Shown: positions 1-9,786 of the stretch, piece after piece | Numbering within the stretch: the first letter of the stretch is position 1 | Layout of the letters: each line of letters opens with the position of its first letter | Origin: Flavobacteriales bacterium | GTDB lineage: Bacteria; Bacteroidota; Bacteroidia; Flavobacteriales_D; Sanyastnellaceae | Length of the DNA stretch: 55,073 nt | NCBI GenBank assembly: GCA_049318685.1 | Contig: JBMOFW010000001.1 | Location: 1-55,073, forward strand | Direction of reading: 5' to 3' | Made by a program: the position numbers and the translations under genes | The notes under the pieces: generated by a model | What the model saw: only the letters and a program-made list of their open reading frames with translations | What the model was told of the DNA's origin: nothing | The model's database searches: none

Positions 1-107
1 TTGATTGCTTGCAAAGTATTGATCTACTTTTCTCTTAAGCTCATCAAAGAACGGGTGCTCTTTGGTATTAAATTGAATTCCTGCCATAAGGCAAAGATAC
101 AAAGCAA

Positions 108-141
108 AGGCTCAACATCGACCTTTATCGATATTGAGCCT
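108..141 (-). terminator. Hairpin downstream of the T9SS surface-protein gene
   Basis: AGGCTCAA (108-115) pairs perfectly with TTGAGCCT (134-141), with inner ATCGA/TCGAT pairing. On the minus strand it is followed by a T-rich run (TTTGCTTTGTATCTT). It lies 28 nt after the stop codon at 169-171. Confidence 0.4.
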
Positions 142-168
142 TCACAAAATGATATAAATCAGGTATTC

Positions 169-2679
169 TTAGTTTACCACAATTTTGGCTGAACGCACTT
201 CTTTGTGCCCAAAAACCTGGAGAATATAGTGGCCAGAGCTCAAATTTATCTCCAAATCCCGTGAGCCATTATTTGATACAATTTTGTTGTAAACGACTCT
301 TCCCGTTCCATCAAAAATCACAATTCGATCATTGTTGTTTAATGAATTCGCATCGACTCTAAACAAGCCTGTTGTCGGATTTGGATAAACCAACACATCC
401 TGATTAAAATCAACTTCGTTTACACCAATTTCAGTGACAAACGTATTCATCGTTGTATTGGTGATGATCGCCTCATTAAAGTCGAAGTAAATGTATGCTG
501 TGTTTTCAAATACAGTTCCCACTGGCATGTCTGCCACAGGGCGAATGCGGTAGATGATTTGTCCGTGACTCAACTCTTCATTGGTATTGCTATCCGGAAG
601 CATGATGTTGTTGAAATACCACACCACTTCGCCATTTTCAATCTGCATGGTATACGCATGCGATGCAGAAATCATTTCCAAAGATGACCAATCCAAATCA
701 GCGTCAAGCTGATCTTCTACGCGAATATTCACCGCTTCAGAAGTACCTGTGTTTTGGAAATTGATCACGTAGGTGAATGGTTCATTGGTAGGCAACATTT
801 CTCCTGCTTCTCCAACACCCGCAGGGAAATTCAATTTGTTATTTGGATCATAAGAACCGACCACCACTTGATTGATCAACGCATCGTTATTTTCCAAGTT
901 CGCATCATCTCCATTGATCACGCTCACATTAGCACTCACGTTCACGCTTGTTCCTAATGCTGTACCAATAGCGGTATAAGCATACACATACCCATATGTC
1001 CACTCCATGGCAGGCACGGAAACATTGGCCCAGGTCACCGAGTTTGTGCCCGGATTATACACGCCATTCGCGCCATTCAATGGCCAAATATTCGAAGGCT
1101 CCATGAAAAGAGGCCAGTACATTGTTACATCTATCATCGCATCCGTATCACCATAATTGGTCAATGAAATGGTATAGCCGTTTGTGAATCCGGGAACAGG
1201 ATTGCCCCATGCTCCAAAGGATACGGAAACATCGATGGCATTTTCAATAAAATAAAATGCAAAGTCAGCACCACCAGTGGTTTGATCATCTGTTACATAA
1301 ACACTCAAGCTAGTATTTAATGTGTTGCCACCTTGGGTGGTATAGGTTGCAGTGAGGTATTGATACCCCGCAGGAATGGTCAAACAATATTGGCCATTAT
1401 CATCAGTGAGCGTAGTAAGGTATTCGTATTCCATGCCATTCCAAACACCATAGCCTACGGCCACATTGGCCATTGTTTGTTCTCCACTATCAAACGCGTT
1501 GTTTTGGTTAAAATCTAAAAACGCCGTGCCGCAAATAGAGCCTTGATATACTTCCATTGGGAAGTTGTAGATACACTCAGTAGAAAGGTTGGCAGGATCA
1601 ATTTGTATATAACCATCTACATTCACCAAACCTCCTGGAATGATGTTGTAACCGCTACTCCAGAAATTCGCATTGAGCCAACTCCACTGATCGGTATATA
1701 CATCTATTTCGTAATATCCATTCGCATCGGTCCATACAGAGTCCGCGCCATTGCCGGAATAGATGGCCATATTCTCAATACCTTCCTCTCCTGCGTCCAT
1801 GATGCCATTTTCATTGGCATCCAAGAAAACATATCCGCAAAGGACAACCGGAGCCAAAATCGTAATTTCCTGTGACGATTCCGAAGTACATCCAGCATCC
1901 CCATTTTCAACTACACAAGTCACAGTGTAAATACCAGGTTCTTCAAAATTGTACGTCAAATATCCGCCTGTTCCCACCTCTACGCCGTCAACATACCACA
2001 CTCCTGTGGTTGAACCGTAGATGTATTGATTATAGAAATAGTAACTGCTTCCGCTCGCTGAATAGCTAAACTCGGTATCACATGGATTCCAGAAGGGATT
2101 TAATGTATCAATTCCAATGGTGTATACACAACCATTCACATCAGTTAAAACCAATAATCCAGTGATATACGCACCGCTCATATTGTCGATCAACAACTCA
2201 GGGGAATTGCTATTTAGCGACGCGCCTTGCACTTGCCACATATACTGGGCAATCGGGAATGGACCCCAATTAGCAAAGGTCAATAATATTTGATTTCCCT
2301 GTACAGATGCCGTAACCTCACCACCCATAGTACTACAGTTGATCACATTTACCGTTTGACATGTTGTCGCCTCGCTTAAATAGTTTCCGGTAATACCATC
2401 ATAAACGGTCACCGTTAAACACACATTATACGTACCTGAAGCCGGATAGAAATGTTGATCCGTTTGCGAACTTGATACGCTTCCATCGCCAAAATCCCAA
2501 GCGTAAGTCATTTCGACTAGATCAGGCAAGCACTGCTCGCTCGAGTCTTGGGCATAGAAATATACACTGCCTGAGTTGTTCCATTGATAGGCTTGAAATT
2601 CTGCCGTCACATCGCATTGGGCCTGCGATGCTACGGAGACAAAAAGCAAAAAGCTCAAAATTGAAAAAAGCTGTTTCAT
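169..2679 (-). CDS. T9SS-secreted multidomain surface protein (PKD-like, SdrD-B/Cna-B-like, DUF11-like repeats, C-terminal sorting domain)
   Basis: ORF 169..2808 trimmed to the ATG at 2679, which opens a signal peptide (MKQLFSILSFLLFVSVASQAQ). PKD-like WDFGDG...GTYNVCLTV. Two CGYVFLDANENGIMDAGEEG / CGTAFLDFNQNNAFDSGEQ segments. SYDPNNK motif. C-terminal VLVYPNPTTGLFRV...ILQVFGHKEVRSAKIVVN is typical of T9SS type-A sorting domains. Confidence 0.85.
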   Translation of the reverse strand: MKQLFSILSFLLFVSVASQAQCDVTAEFQAYQWNNSGSVYFYAQDSSEQCLPDLVEMTYAWDFGDGSVSSSQTDQHFYPASGTYNVCLTVTVYDGITGNYLSEATTCQTVNVINCSTMGGEVTASVQGNQILLTFANWGPFPIAQYMWQVQGASLNSNSPELLIDNMSGAYITGLLVLTDVNGCVYTIGIDTLNPFWNPCDTEFSYSASGSSYYFYNQYIYGSTTGVWYVDGVEVGTGGYLTYNFEEPGIYTVTCVVENGDAGCTSESSQEITILAPVVLCGYVFLDANENGIMDAGEEGIENMAIYSGNGADSVWTDANGYYEIDVYTDQWSWLNANFWSSGYNIIPGGLVNVDGYIQIDPANLSTECIYNFPMEVYQGSICGTAFLDFNQNNAFDSGEQTMANVAVGYGVWNGMEYEYLTTLTDDNGQYCLTIPAGYQYLTATYTTQGGNTLNTSLSVYVTDDQTTGGADFAFYFIENAIDVSVSFGAWGNPVPGFTNGYTISLTNYGDTDAMIDVTMYWPLFMEPSNIWPLNGANGVYNPGTNSVTWANVSVPAMEWTYGYVYAYTAIGTALGTSVNVSANVSVINGDDANLENNDALINQVVVGSYDPNNKLNFPAGVGEAGEMLPTNEPFTYVINFQNTGTSEAVNIRVEDQLDADLDWSSLEMISASHAYTMQIENGEVVWYFNNIMLPDSNTNEELSHGQIIYRIRPVADMPVGTVFENTAYIYFDFNEAIITNTTMNTFVTEIGVNEVDFNQDVLVYPNPTTGLFRVDANSLNNNDRIVIFDGTGRVVYNKIVSNNGSRDLEINLSSGHYILQVFGHKEVRSAKIVVN

Positions 2680-2739
2680 CGTATTGGTATTAGTAGTTTG
2701 ATATAAGTAGCCATTCTCCGTCAAAAGGTTGCACAGTCG

Positions 2740-2747
2740 TATATTTG
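2740..2747 (+). promoter_or_regulatory. Bacteroidota-type -7 box TATATTTG upstream of aspS
   Basis: Perfect TAnnTTTG match 17 nt upstream of the ATG at 2765. This supports the shorter aspS start. Confidence 0.45.
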
Positions 2748-2764
2748 CCCCGAAAATCAGGATT

Positions 2765-4513
2765 ATGCATCGTACACATACCTGCGGCGAATTGCGCAGC
2801 ACACACATCGGACAAACCGTTACACTTAGCGGATGGGTTCAACGCTCACGCGACCTAGGAGGCATGACCTTCGTGGACCTCCGCGATCGTTATGGTATTA
2901 CCCAACTTGCCTTCAACATGGAAACCAATTCGCCACTCTGCGAAGCCGCTCGCAAGCTCGGCCGCGAGTTTGTCATTAAGGCAACCGGTACCGTTGTCGA
3001 ACGCTCGTCGAAAAATAACCGCATGGCTACCGGCGACATCGAGATTATTGTAGAAAAACTTGAAATTCTCAATGCCGCCAAAACACCGCCTTTCACCATC
3101 GAAGATGAAAGTGATGGTGGTGACGATTTGCGCATGCAATGGCGTTTCCTCGATTTGCGCCGCAATCCGCTTAAAAATAACATGATGCTCCGCAACCGCA
3201 TGAGCATCGAAAGCCGCAAATTCCTCGATTCTCAAAACTTCTTGGAAATCGAAACCCCATATCTCATCAAATCAACACCTGAAGGTGCTCGCGACTTTGT
3301 GGTGCCAAGCCGTATGAATCCGGGCGAATTCTATGCGCTTCCACAATCCCCACAAACCTTCAAACAATTGTTGATGGTGAGTGGCTACGACCGCTATTAT
3401 CAAATCGTGCGCTGCTTCCGCGACGAAGATCTCCGTGCCGACCGTCAGCCTGAGTTTACTCAGATCGACTGTGAAATGGCATTCGTAGAACAAGAAGATG
3501 TACTGAACACCTTCGAAGGTCTCGTACGTCACTTGTTTAAGACAGTAAAAAACATCGATATTCCTGAAGTGCCACGCATGCTTTATTCCGAAGCCATGCG
3601 CCGCTATGGCAGCGACAAACCGGACATCCGATTCGGCATGGAGTTTCAAGATTTGACCTCACATATGCAAGGAAAAGGATTTCAGGTATTCGATTCATCT
3701 GAGGCTGTTCTCGGAATCGTGGCACCTGGCTGTGCAACTTACACCCGCAAGCAAGTGGACGAATTGACCGAATGGGTGAAACGTCCTCAAATCGGCGCCA
3801 AAGGTCTGGTGTACTGCATGTGTAACGAAGACGGCACATTCAAATCTTCAGTCGATAAATTCTATTCGCAAGACGATTGGAAGCATATTGCTTCGGCAGC
3901 GGACGCCAATGCAGGCGACCTGATCCTCGTCCTCAGCGGCGGCCTTCATACCACACGTAAACAACTCAACGAACTCCGTCTTTTAATGGGAGGTCGCCTA
4001 GGTCTGCGCAATCCGGAAGTTTTTGCCCCACTTTGGGTACTTGACTTCCCGCTCCTCGAATGGAGCGAAGAAACACAACGCTGGCACGCTATGCACCACC
4101 CGTTCACGTCACCTAAACCAGAGCATATTGCTCTGCTCGATACCGATCCGGGTGCTGTAAACGCCAATGCCTACGACTTTGTCATCAATGGCGTAGAAGT
4201 AGGTGGTGGTTCTATCCGAATTCACGATCGCGAAGTGCAAAGCCGCATGTTCAAACTCCTCGGCTTCAGCAATGAAGAGGCACAAGCCCAGTTCGGATTC
4301 TTGCTCAATGCTTTTGAATATGGTGCACCTCCGCACGGCGGTTTGGCCTTTGGTTTCGACCGTTTGTGTTCTCTCTTCGGAGGCGCAGAAGGCATTCGCG
4401 ACTTTATCGCTTTCCCGAAAAACAATAGTGGACGGGATGTGATGATCGATGCGCCAAGCACAATTGCAGATGAACAATTGAAGGAACTCCATATTGAAGT
4501 AAAACTCCCATAA
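2765..4513 (+). CDS. aspS: Aspartate--tRNA ligase
   Basis: ORF 2729..4513 trimmed to [11 protein letters not shown], the typical AspRS N-terminus. Class II motifs [26 protein letters not shown] and GLAFGFDRL. 582 aa. Confidence 0.97.
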   Translation: MHRTHTCGELRSTHIGQTVTLSGWVQRSRDLGGMTFVDLRDRYGITQLAFNMETNSPLCEAARKLGREFVIKATGTVVERSSKNNRMATGDIEIIVEKLEILNAAKTPPFTIEDESDGGDDLRMQWRFLDLRRNPLKNNMMLRNRMSIESRKFLDSQNFLEIETPYLIKSTPEGARDFVVPSRMNPGEFYALPQSPQTFKQLLMVSGYDRYYQIVRCFRDEDLRADRQPEFTQIDCEMAFVEQEDVLNTFEGLVRHLFKTVKNIDIPEVPRMLYSEAMRRYGSDKPDIRFGMEFQDLTSHMQGKGFQVFDSSEAVLGIVAPGCATYTRKQVDELTEWVKRPQIGAKGLVYCMCNEDGTFKSSVDKFYSQDDWKHIASAADANAGDLILVLSGGLHTTRKQLNELRLLMGGRLGLRNPEVFAPLWVLDFPLLEWSEETQRWHAMHHPFTSPKPEHIALLDTDPGAVNANAYDFVINGVEVGGGSIRIHDREVQSRMFKLLGFSNEEAQAQFGFLLNAFEYGAPPHGGLAFGFDRLCSLFGGAEGIRDFIAFPKNNSGRDVMIDAPSTIADEQLKELHIEVKLP

Positions 4514-4548
4514 GGTTTTAACAGACCTTTAGGAAAGCGTAAACAAAG

Positions 4549-4562
4549 GCGAACTACCTTTG
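4549..4562 (+). promoter_or_regulatory. -7 box TACCTTTG inside a 14-mer GCGAACTACCTTTG (also present at 32440-32453)
   Basis: TAnnTTTG match at 4555-4562, 25 nt upstream of the ATG at 4588. The identical 14-mer recurs upstream of dus. Confidence 0.45.
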
Positions 4563-4587
4563 TTTCAATTTATAAAATATACATACC

Positions 4588-5001
4588 ATGTACCCACCGG
4601 AATTAGTAGCACCTATGCGTGCAGATCTCGATAGTGTTGGTTTCTCACAAGCGACCACACCCGAAGAAATCGATCAAATGATCAACAGCGAAGGAACTGT
4701 TCTTGTAGTGCTCAATAGTGTTTGTGGTTGTGCTGCAGGCAGCATGCGCCCAGGCGTAAAACATGCTGTATCAACAGCCTCTAAATTGCCCGGCAAATTG
4801 GTGACCACCTTCGCCGGAGTTGATCGCGATGCCGTAGAACGCGCCCGTAAATACATGTTGCCATATCCTCCTTCATCACCTAGCATCGCTCTTTTCAAAG
4901 ATGGGAAATTGCAACACATGATTGAGCGTCATCACATTGAAGGCCGCACAGCTGAAATGATTGCAGAAAATTTGAAATTCGCTTTCGACGAATTCTGCTA
5001 A
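4588..5001 (+). CDS. BrxA/BrxB-family bacilliredoxin (DUF1094, YphP/YqiW-like)
   Basis: 137 aa. MYPPELVAPMR...VLNSVCGCAAG carries the CGC redox motif, and the length is characteristic of this family. Confidence 0.8.
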   Translation: MYPPELVAPMRADLDSVGFSQATTPEEIDQMINSEGTVLVVLNSVCGCAAGSMRPGVKHAVSTASKLPGKLVTTFAGVDRDAVERARKYMLPYPPSSPSIALFKDGKLQHMIERHHIEGRTAEMIAENLKFAFDEFC

Positions 5002-5045
5002 GTCTTTTTAGATAAAAAATTGGGTTGTTCGCAACCGGAGAAAAG

Positions 5046-5072
5046 CCCCTTTCACACAGAAAGGGGTTTTTT
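5046..5072. terminator. Bidirectional intrinsic terminator between convergent genes
   Basis: CCCCTTTC (5046-5053) / loop ACACA / GAAAGGGG (5059-5066). It is followed by TTTTTT on the plus strand and preceded by AAAAG (a CUUUU run on the minus-strand transcript). Confidence 0.7.
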
Positions 5073-6870
5073 ATTTCTTGGTCATTTCTTTCACTACTAC
5101 ATCACGACAATAGACGGTTTGATGACCACGATACCATAAAAAAACACGTAGCTTATCGCGTGGAATGCGCATCTCAGGAGTTAAATATTCCACATGCAAT
5201 GTATTCCACTGACCTGGTTGATGTACGCTTTCCGAAATCGCGTAGGTGCGATACCCGTATGGCTTTCCGGCATGCTCTGCTGACGCCACGAGCAACAAAT
5301 CTTCTACCTTGGCTGAATCCGGAAAATAGACCTCTGCATCTATTTCCAACCACAAATGATCTTCGAAAGTGCATTCACTAAATCGACGTCCAATGGCCTT
5401 TGTATAAGGATGATCGGCATTTAATATTTCTAAAGGAACAGTTCCCATCTCAGCAACAACACTATCGAGTTCTTCCGGATGCAATGATTGCAATGAATAA
5501 CGATGTGTTTCTTGATACTTGTAACGCTCCATTCGTCCTTGACTCCCATCAAATGCGCGATTGATGAGCAAGAGGCTATCTACGCCATCTGGTTTTTCGG
5601 TCTGGCCGAAGACCGCCCAATAATACGGACCAGTCATGCGCGAAGCTTCTAAAATGCCTTCTCTATATTGCCATTGCTGAAAAATTGTAAATAATGTTAT
5701 GCCCGTAACACCGATATACATAATCCATCGTGCCGATTGACGGGCCATCCATTGTAATGCAAACCCAAGAAGAATGGCCAACACGGGCAAGCTTTGCACC
5801 ATAGATCGCTGTGAAAAGCTTTGTGCGTACCACCAATTCGACCACGATGAAACCACATAAATATAGACAATGAAAAAGACCAACAACGACCACCGAATGT
5901 TCGTTCGGTTTTTGAACACCTCAATAAAACCAAGCCATGCAATCCAGACTAATGGCGTATAAATAAGCCATCCTTTTCGATAAGAAAATAAAAAATCCAG
6001 TGTGTGTGGGTATAGAAAATCCAATCCTTCTGCCGGATTGGCATAACTCATAAAAAGAAAGTGACCCGTCGTTTTTTTCCAATAAATAAATTGAATACAT
6101 CCTACCAAAACCATGATAGCGGATGCGACATAAAGTGGTCGGCGATGATTCTGCCAAAGTTCACGGAGAACGATGCGTGGACTGCCTTTCCAAAACAGCG
6201 GAATCAATATCGCGATGAGCTCTGTGGGACGTGACAAACAGGCCAATGCCAAAGTCAAACTCAGCCCCACCATATACCGCAAGCGATAGGTATCAAACCA
6301 CTTGATGACCATCCATAAGTAAAAGGCATACAGTGTAAAAAGGTAATTGTGCGGAGTAAGAAGACCCTGACTTATTTGAATATAATAATTCGTAGCGGAG
6401 AAGATAAGCACTAACACTGCCGAGCTGATCGCATCTGAGAAAAAATGCAACAGCACTTTTCGAAGAAAAAATATTCCAAGAACCGCTATACCGATTGACC
6501 ACCAACCCAGCGCTGTGCGATACGGATGCGAAAACCCATCTTTCTCGCCATTTCCGAACCAATGCGCCGCGAAAAAAGCCGGAGTGTACATCACACTCAT
6601 TCCGGCGGGATATTGATCGACGCGTTCTTTGCGGCCCTCTACTTCATGAAATTGATAAGGGGTCGGACTGATTTCATATTTCTTCCAAAGTTTATCCCAC
6701 GTCTCGCGGTCCTCATAGCCCATATCATCATAGATCACCATCGAAGGCAAATAGGCATAATACCCGGCGACGTCCCACCGCAGGAGGCCGTCCCATGATT
6801 CTTTGAAGGATGCAATGGAAATCACCGCCGCCAAAAGCACTGCTGCTATGAAACTGAGGCGGTTTTTCAT
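5071..6870 (-). CDS. Polytopic membrane protein, putative GT-C-fold glycosyltransferase (ArnT/PMT-like)
   Basis: 599 aa with many hydrophobic segments over the first ~400 aa and an acidic first-loop segment (RWDVAGYYAYLPSMVIYDD). The C-terminal ~170 aa is a soluble domain. It lies 3 nt downstream of a GT2 gene. The family assignment is an inference, not a recognised signature. Confidence 0.5.
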   Translation of the reverse strand: MKNRLSFIAAVLLAAVISIASFKESWDGLLRWDVAGYYAYLPSMVIYDDMGYEDRETWDKLWKKYEISPTPYQFHEVEGRKERVDQYPAGMSVMYTPAFFAAHWFGNGEKDGFSHPYRTALGWWSIGIAVLGIFFLRKVLLHFFSDAISSAVLVLIFSATNYYIQISQGLLTPHNYLFTLYAFYLWMVIKWFDTYRLRYMVGLSLTLALACLSRPTELIAILIPLFWKGSPRIVLRELWQNHRRPLYVASAIMVLVGCIQFIYWKKTTGHFLFMSYANPAEGLDFLYPHTLDFLFSYRKGWLIYTPLVWIAWLGFIEVFKNRTNIRWSLLVFFIVYIYVVSSWSNWWYAQSFSQRSMVQSLPVLAILLGFALQWMARQSARWIMYIGVTGITLFTIFQQWQYREGILEASRMTGPYYWAVFGQTEKPDGVDSLLLINRAFDGSQGRMERYKYQETHRYSLQSLHPEELDSVVAEMGTVPLEILNADHPYTKAIGRRFSECTFEDHLWLEIDAEVYFPDSAKVEDLLLVASAEHAGKPYGYRTYAISESVHQPGQWNTLHVEYLTPEMRIPRDKLRVFLWYRGHQTVYCRDVVVKEMTKK

Positions 6871-6873
6871 GAT

Positions 6874-7611
6874 TTATTTCAAGTGGCGTCGATCCCAGAT
6901 ATTGTATTTCAGAATGCACCAAATCGCTCTGAATCCATCTTTCCAACCAATCTTTTTGCCCTCCGCATAGGTCCGCCCATAATAGCTGATACCCACCTCA
7001 TAGATGCGGATATCCGGAATGCGCGAAAGTTTTGCTGTGACTTCAGGTTCAAAGCCAAATCGCTTTTCTTTTAATAAAAGCATCTTCGCAATATCCGCAC
7101 GCATCAATTTGTAGCATGTTTCCATATCACTCAAATTGAGATTGGTAAACGCATTGCTCGTAAAAGTCAACCATGCGTTGCCGATGCTGTGCCAGAAGAA
7201 AAGAATGCGATGAGCATTTGATCCTTTAAATCGAGAACCGTATACAACATCTGCTTGTGCAGTGAATACTGGCTTCAACAAATCATTGAATTCGAATGGG
7301 TCGTATTCCAAATCGGCATCTTGCACAATCACATAATCGCCTGAGGCCAATTCGATGGCTTTGTGGATGGCTGCCCCCTTTCCTTGATTGAAGGGCTGGG
7401 AGAAAAACTGAATTGTGTATTGTGGGTGCGAGGCGATATAATTCTCTACCACCTCTTTGGTCTTGTCGCGTGATGCGTCATTGACGATCACGATTTCTTT
7501 TTGAATACCATTGATCAATTCTACTTGACCAATGCGATCAAGAATAGCAGTAATCGTGTTTTCCTCGTTGAATGCAGGAATGAGAATAGAAAGCTTTTTT
7601 ACGTCGTACAT
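6874..7611 (-). CDS. Family 2 glycosyltransferase (polyprenyl-phosphate sugar synthase-like, Dpm1/Ppm1-type)
   Basis: 245 aa. LSILIPAFNEENTI...VIVNDASRDKT...VQDADLEY (DxD) is a typical GT-A/GT2 core. No C-terminal TM segments. Confidence 0.85.
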   Translation of the reverse strand: MYDVKKLSILIPAFNEENTITAILDRIGQVELINGIQKEIVIVNDASRDKTKEVVENYIASHPQYTIQFFSQPFNQGKGAAIHKAIELASGDYVIVQDADLEYDPFEFNDLLKPVFTAQADVVYGSRFKGSNAHRILFFWHSIGNAWLTFTSNAFTNLNLSDMETCYKLMRADIAKMLLLKEKRFGFEPEVTAKLSRIPDIRIYEVGISYYGRTYAEGKKIGWKDGFRAIWCILKYNIWDRRHLK

Positions 7612-7620
7612 CAGCAGCGT

Positions 7621-7911
7621 TTATTGTTGAATCACTTTAGGCACACGGAAGTAGTACATATCCTTCTTCGGTGCGTTTTTCAATGCATCTGCCTGTGGTA
7701 CTTCGTATGAAACTTCGTCCTTGCGGGTCACATTGGTTTCTTCGGTCATGAAAATCAAAGGCTCCACACCCTCGGTGTTCAATTCGCTAATTTTGTCCAC
7801 GAAACCAAGCATACGATTCATATCGTTGACCATTTCGGCTTTGGTGGTTTCATCAAACTCCAAACGAGCCAATTCGGCAAGTCGGTCGATGGTGGAAATA
7901 TCTATCTTCAT
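7621..7911 (-). CDS. gatC: Asp-tRNA(Asn)/Glu-tRNA(Gln) amidotransferase subunit C
   Basis: 96 aa. IDRLAELARLEFDETTKAEMVNDMNRMLGFVDKISELNTEGVEPL matches the GatC pattern. Confidence 0.9.
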   Translation of the reverse strand: MKIDISTIDRLAELARLEFDETTKAEMVNDMNRMLGFVDKISELNTEGVEPLIFMTEETNVTRKDEVSYEVPQADALKNAPKKDMYYFRVPKVIQQ

Positions 7912-8660
7912 GGTTTCTTTCGATAATCGGGGTGTAAAGCACTATCAATAGCCTCAAATACCCGCGAGCGCAAATTTACTAAATCTTCTTCACTCAAGCC
8001 TTTTGTCTCAATGGGTTGATGAATCACCACAGAAACAGCCTGTGGCAGCGAGTATTCGGTAAACTCCGAAGGATCCTTCATCACCTTGTAGACGTTCACC
8101 CATGTAATCGGTACAATCGGCACTTGTTTGTCTATGGCCATCTTGAATGCCCCGTTTTTAAACGGTTTCATCCTTGGTGAATCCGCGGGAATGGTCCCCT
8201 CGGGATATAATGCCACCACCTCGCCACGATCAATGGCTTCATAGGCCTTTTGCAATGCCTGGTAGGCATTTCTCGAGCTATCTCGTTGCACAGGAATGTC
8301 TTGTTTCCTGAAAAAAAGCGAAAACAGCGGCCATTTCAGCAATTCGCCTTTCCCGATAAATAAGAAATAATCGGGAACCACACGATACATAAACACAGTG
8401 TCCAGATAGGAACTATGATTGCTTACCACGATATAGGGGCCTTTGGGAAATTGACCTCTGAATGTCTTTTCTACTGGACAAAGCATGAGAAAAGAAAGCA
8501 AATAAGACCAAATGCGTTTTAGTTGAAAAGCCGCACCAAACCACGCCCTCCGCTGCAATAGCACCCAAAAGAAGGGATACAATAAAAGCAACGTGCCCCA
8601 AAATACAAGCCCAATCCAGAGCTTGTAAACGAAATATATAGGACCAAGGATAAACTTCAC
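7908..8660 (-). CDS. 1-acyl-sn-glycerol-3-phosphate acyltransferase family protein
   Basis: 250 aa. N-terminal TM segments, HX4D motif (NHSSYLD) and YPEGT motif. 4-nt overlap with gatC. Confidence 0.85.
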   Translation of the reverse strand: MKFILGPIYFVYKLWIGLVFWGTLLLLYPFFWVLLQRRAWFGAAFQLKRIWSYLLSFLMLCPVEKTFRGQFPKGPYIVVSNHSSYLDTVFMYRVVPDYFLFIGKGELLKWPLFSLFFRKQDIPVQRDSSRNAYQALQKAYEAIDRGEVVALYPEGTIPADSPRMKPFKNGAFKMAIDKQVPIVPITWVNVYKVMKDPSEFTEYSLPQAVSVVIHQPIETKGLSEEDLVNLRSRVFEAIDSALHPDYRKKP

Positions 8661-8737
8661 TTTCTAAAAAAACGAACGGCGAATATAGTCGATGCAGGTT
8701 TAAAAGTTGAGATGTTTTAAGGTTTGCTTTGAATAAC

Positions 8738-8772
8738 AGCTGCTTGAAGCATGAAGCCTGTAGCCTTCAGCT
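8738..8772. repeat. Heptamer array of the GGCTNCA/TGNAGCC family (about 5 units)
   Basis: AGCT GCTTGAA GCATGAA GCCTGTA GCCTTCA GCT. Same motif family as 14831-14861 and 20127-20207. It lies immediately upstream of the trpS -7 box. Confidence 0.7.
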
Positions 8773-8779
8773 ATTCGTT

Positions 8780-8787
8780 TATCTTTG
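8780..8787 (+). promoter_or_regulatory. -7 box TATCTTTG upstream of trpS
   Basis: Perfect TAnnTTTG match 17 nt upstream of the ATG at 8805. Confidence 0.45.
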
Positions 8788-8804
8788 CGGTCAATTTTTC
8801 ACTT

Positions 8805-9776
8805 ATGGCTAGAGTATTAACAGGAGTCCAAAGTACTGGCACACCGCACTTGGGAAACATTCTCGGGGCGATCAAACCGGCTATTGAAATGAGTAATCGC
8901 GCTGAAAACGAAGCGTTTTTGTTTATTGCCAATTTGCACTCTCTCACACAGATCAAGGATGCTGCTCTGCTTCGCGAATACACCTATTCCGTGGCGGCAA
9001 CATGGTTGGCTTGTGGATTTGATATTGAAAAAAACGTACTCTATCGTCAGAGCGATGTGCCACAAGTAACAGAGTTGACATGGTATTTGAGCTGCTTTAC
9101 GCCTTACCCTATGCTCGCCAACGCGCATAGCTTCAAAGACAAAGCCGACCGTTTAAGCGATGTAAATGCGGGTTTGTTTACCTATCCTGTGTTGATGGCC
9201 GCAGACATCATTTTGTATGATGCCAATGTTGTTCCTGTTGGAAAAGACCAATTGCAACACCTCGAAATTACCCGCGACATTGCCAGTACATTCAATCGCA
9301 TCATGGGCGATACCTTTGTGATTCCAGAATCAAGCATCAATGAAGAAACGAAATATGTGATTGGTACGGATGGTGAAAAGATGTCGAAATCGCGCAACAA
9401 CTTCATCAATATTTTTCTTCCTGAAAAAGAGTTGAAGGATGTGATCAATAAAAAAATTATCACCGACGCTACACCCCTCGAAGAGCCTAAAAATGCTGAA
9501 GAAAGTGTGGTGTATCAATTATACAAATTGGTAGCACCGACATCTCAGGCGGCAGAAATGAAAGCCAAGCTGGAAGCTGGTGGTTATGGTTGGGGTCACG
9601 CCAAAAAGGACTTGTTGGAAGCTATACTCATCGCATTTACCAAAGAGCGCGAATTGTACAATCACTACATGAACAATTTGGGTGAGCTCGATGAAAAATT
9701 GATGATCGGTGCCCACAAAGCCGCCCAAACGGCCGACGCCGTCCTCGCCCGCGTCCGCGAGAAAGTAGGGTATTGA
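8805..9776 (+). CDS. trpS: Tryptophan--tRNA ligase
   Basis: ORF 8751..9776 trimmed to MARVLTGVQSTGTPHLGN (HIGH-type motif). KMSKS present (GEKMSKSRNN). 323 aa. Confidence 0.95.
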   Translation: MARVLTGVQSTGTPHLGNILGAIKPAIEMSNRAENEAFLFIANLHSLTQIKDAALLREYTYSVAATWLACGFDIEKNVLYRQSDVPQVTELTWYLSCFTPYPMLANAHSFKDKADRLSDVNAGLFTYPVLMAADIILYDANVVPVGKDQLQHLEITRDIASTFNRIMGDTFVIPESSINEETKYVIGTDGEKMSKSRNNFINIFLPEKELKDVINKKIITDATPLEEPKNAEESVVYQLYKLVAPTSQAAEMKAKLEAGGYGWGHAKKDLLEAILIAFTKERELYNHYMNNLGELDEKLMIGAHKAAQTADAVLARVREKVGY

Positions 9777-9786
9777 AATATTTGTT

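Noticed and set aside
1-192. 63-aa plus-strand ORF at the window edge
   Set aside because: It starts with TTG and has no recognisable motif. It overlaps the terminator hairpin and the 3' end of the convergent T9SS gene, so it is most likely non-coding.
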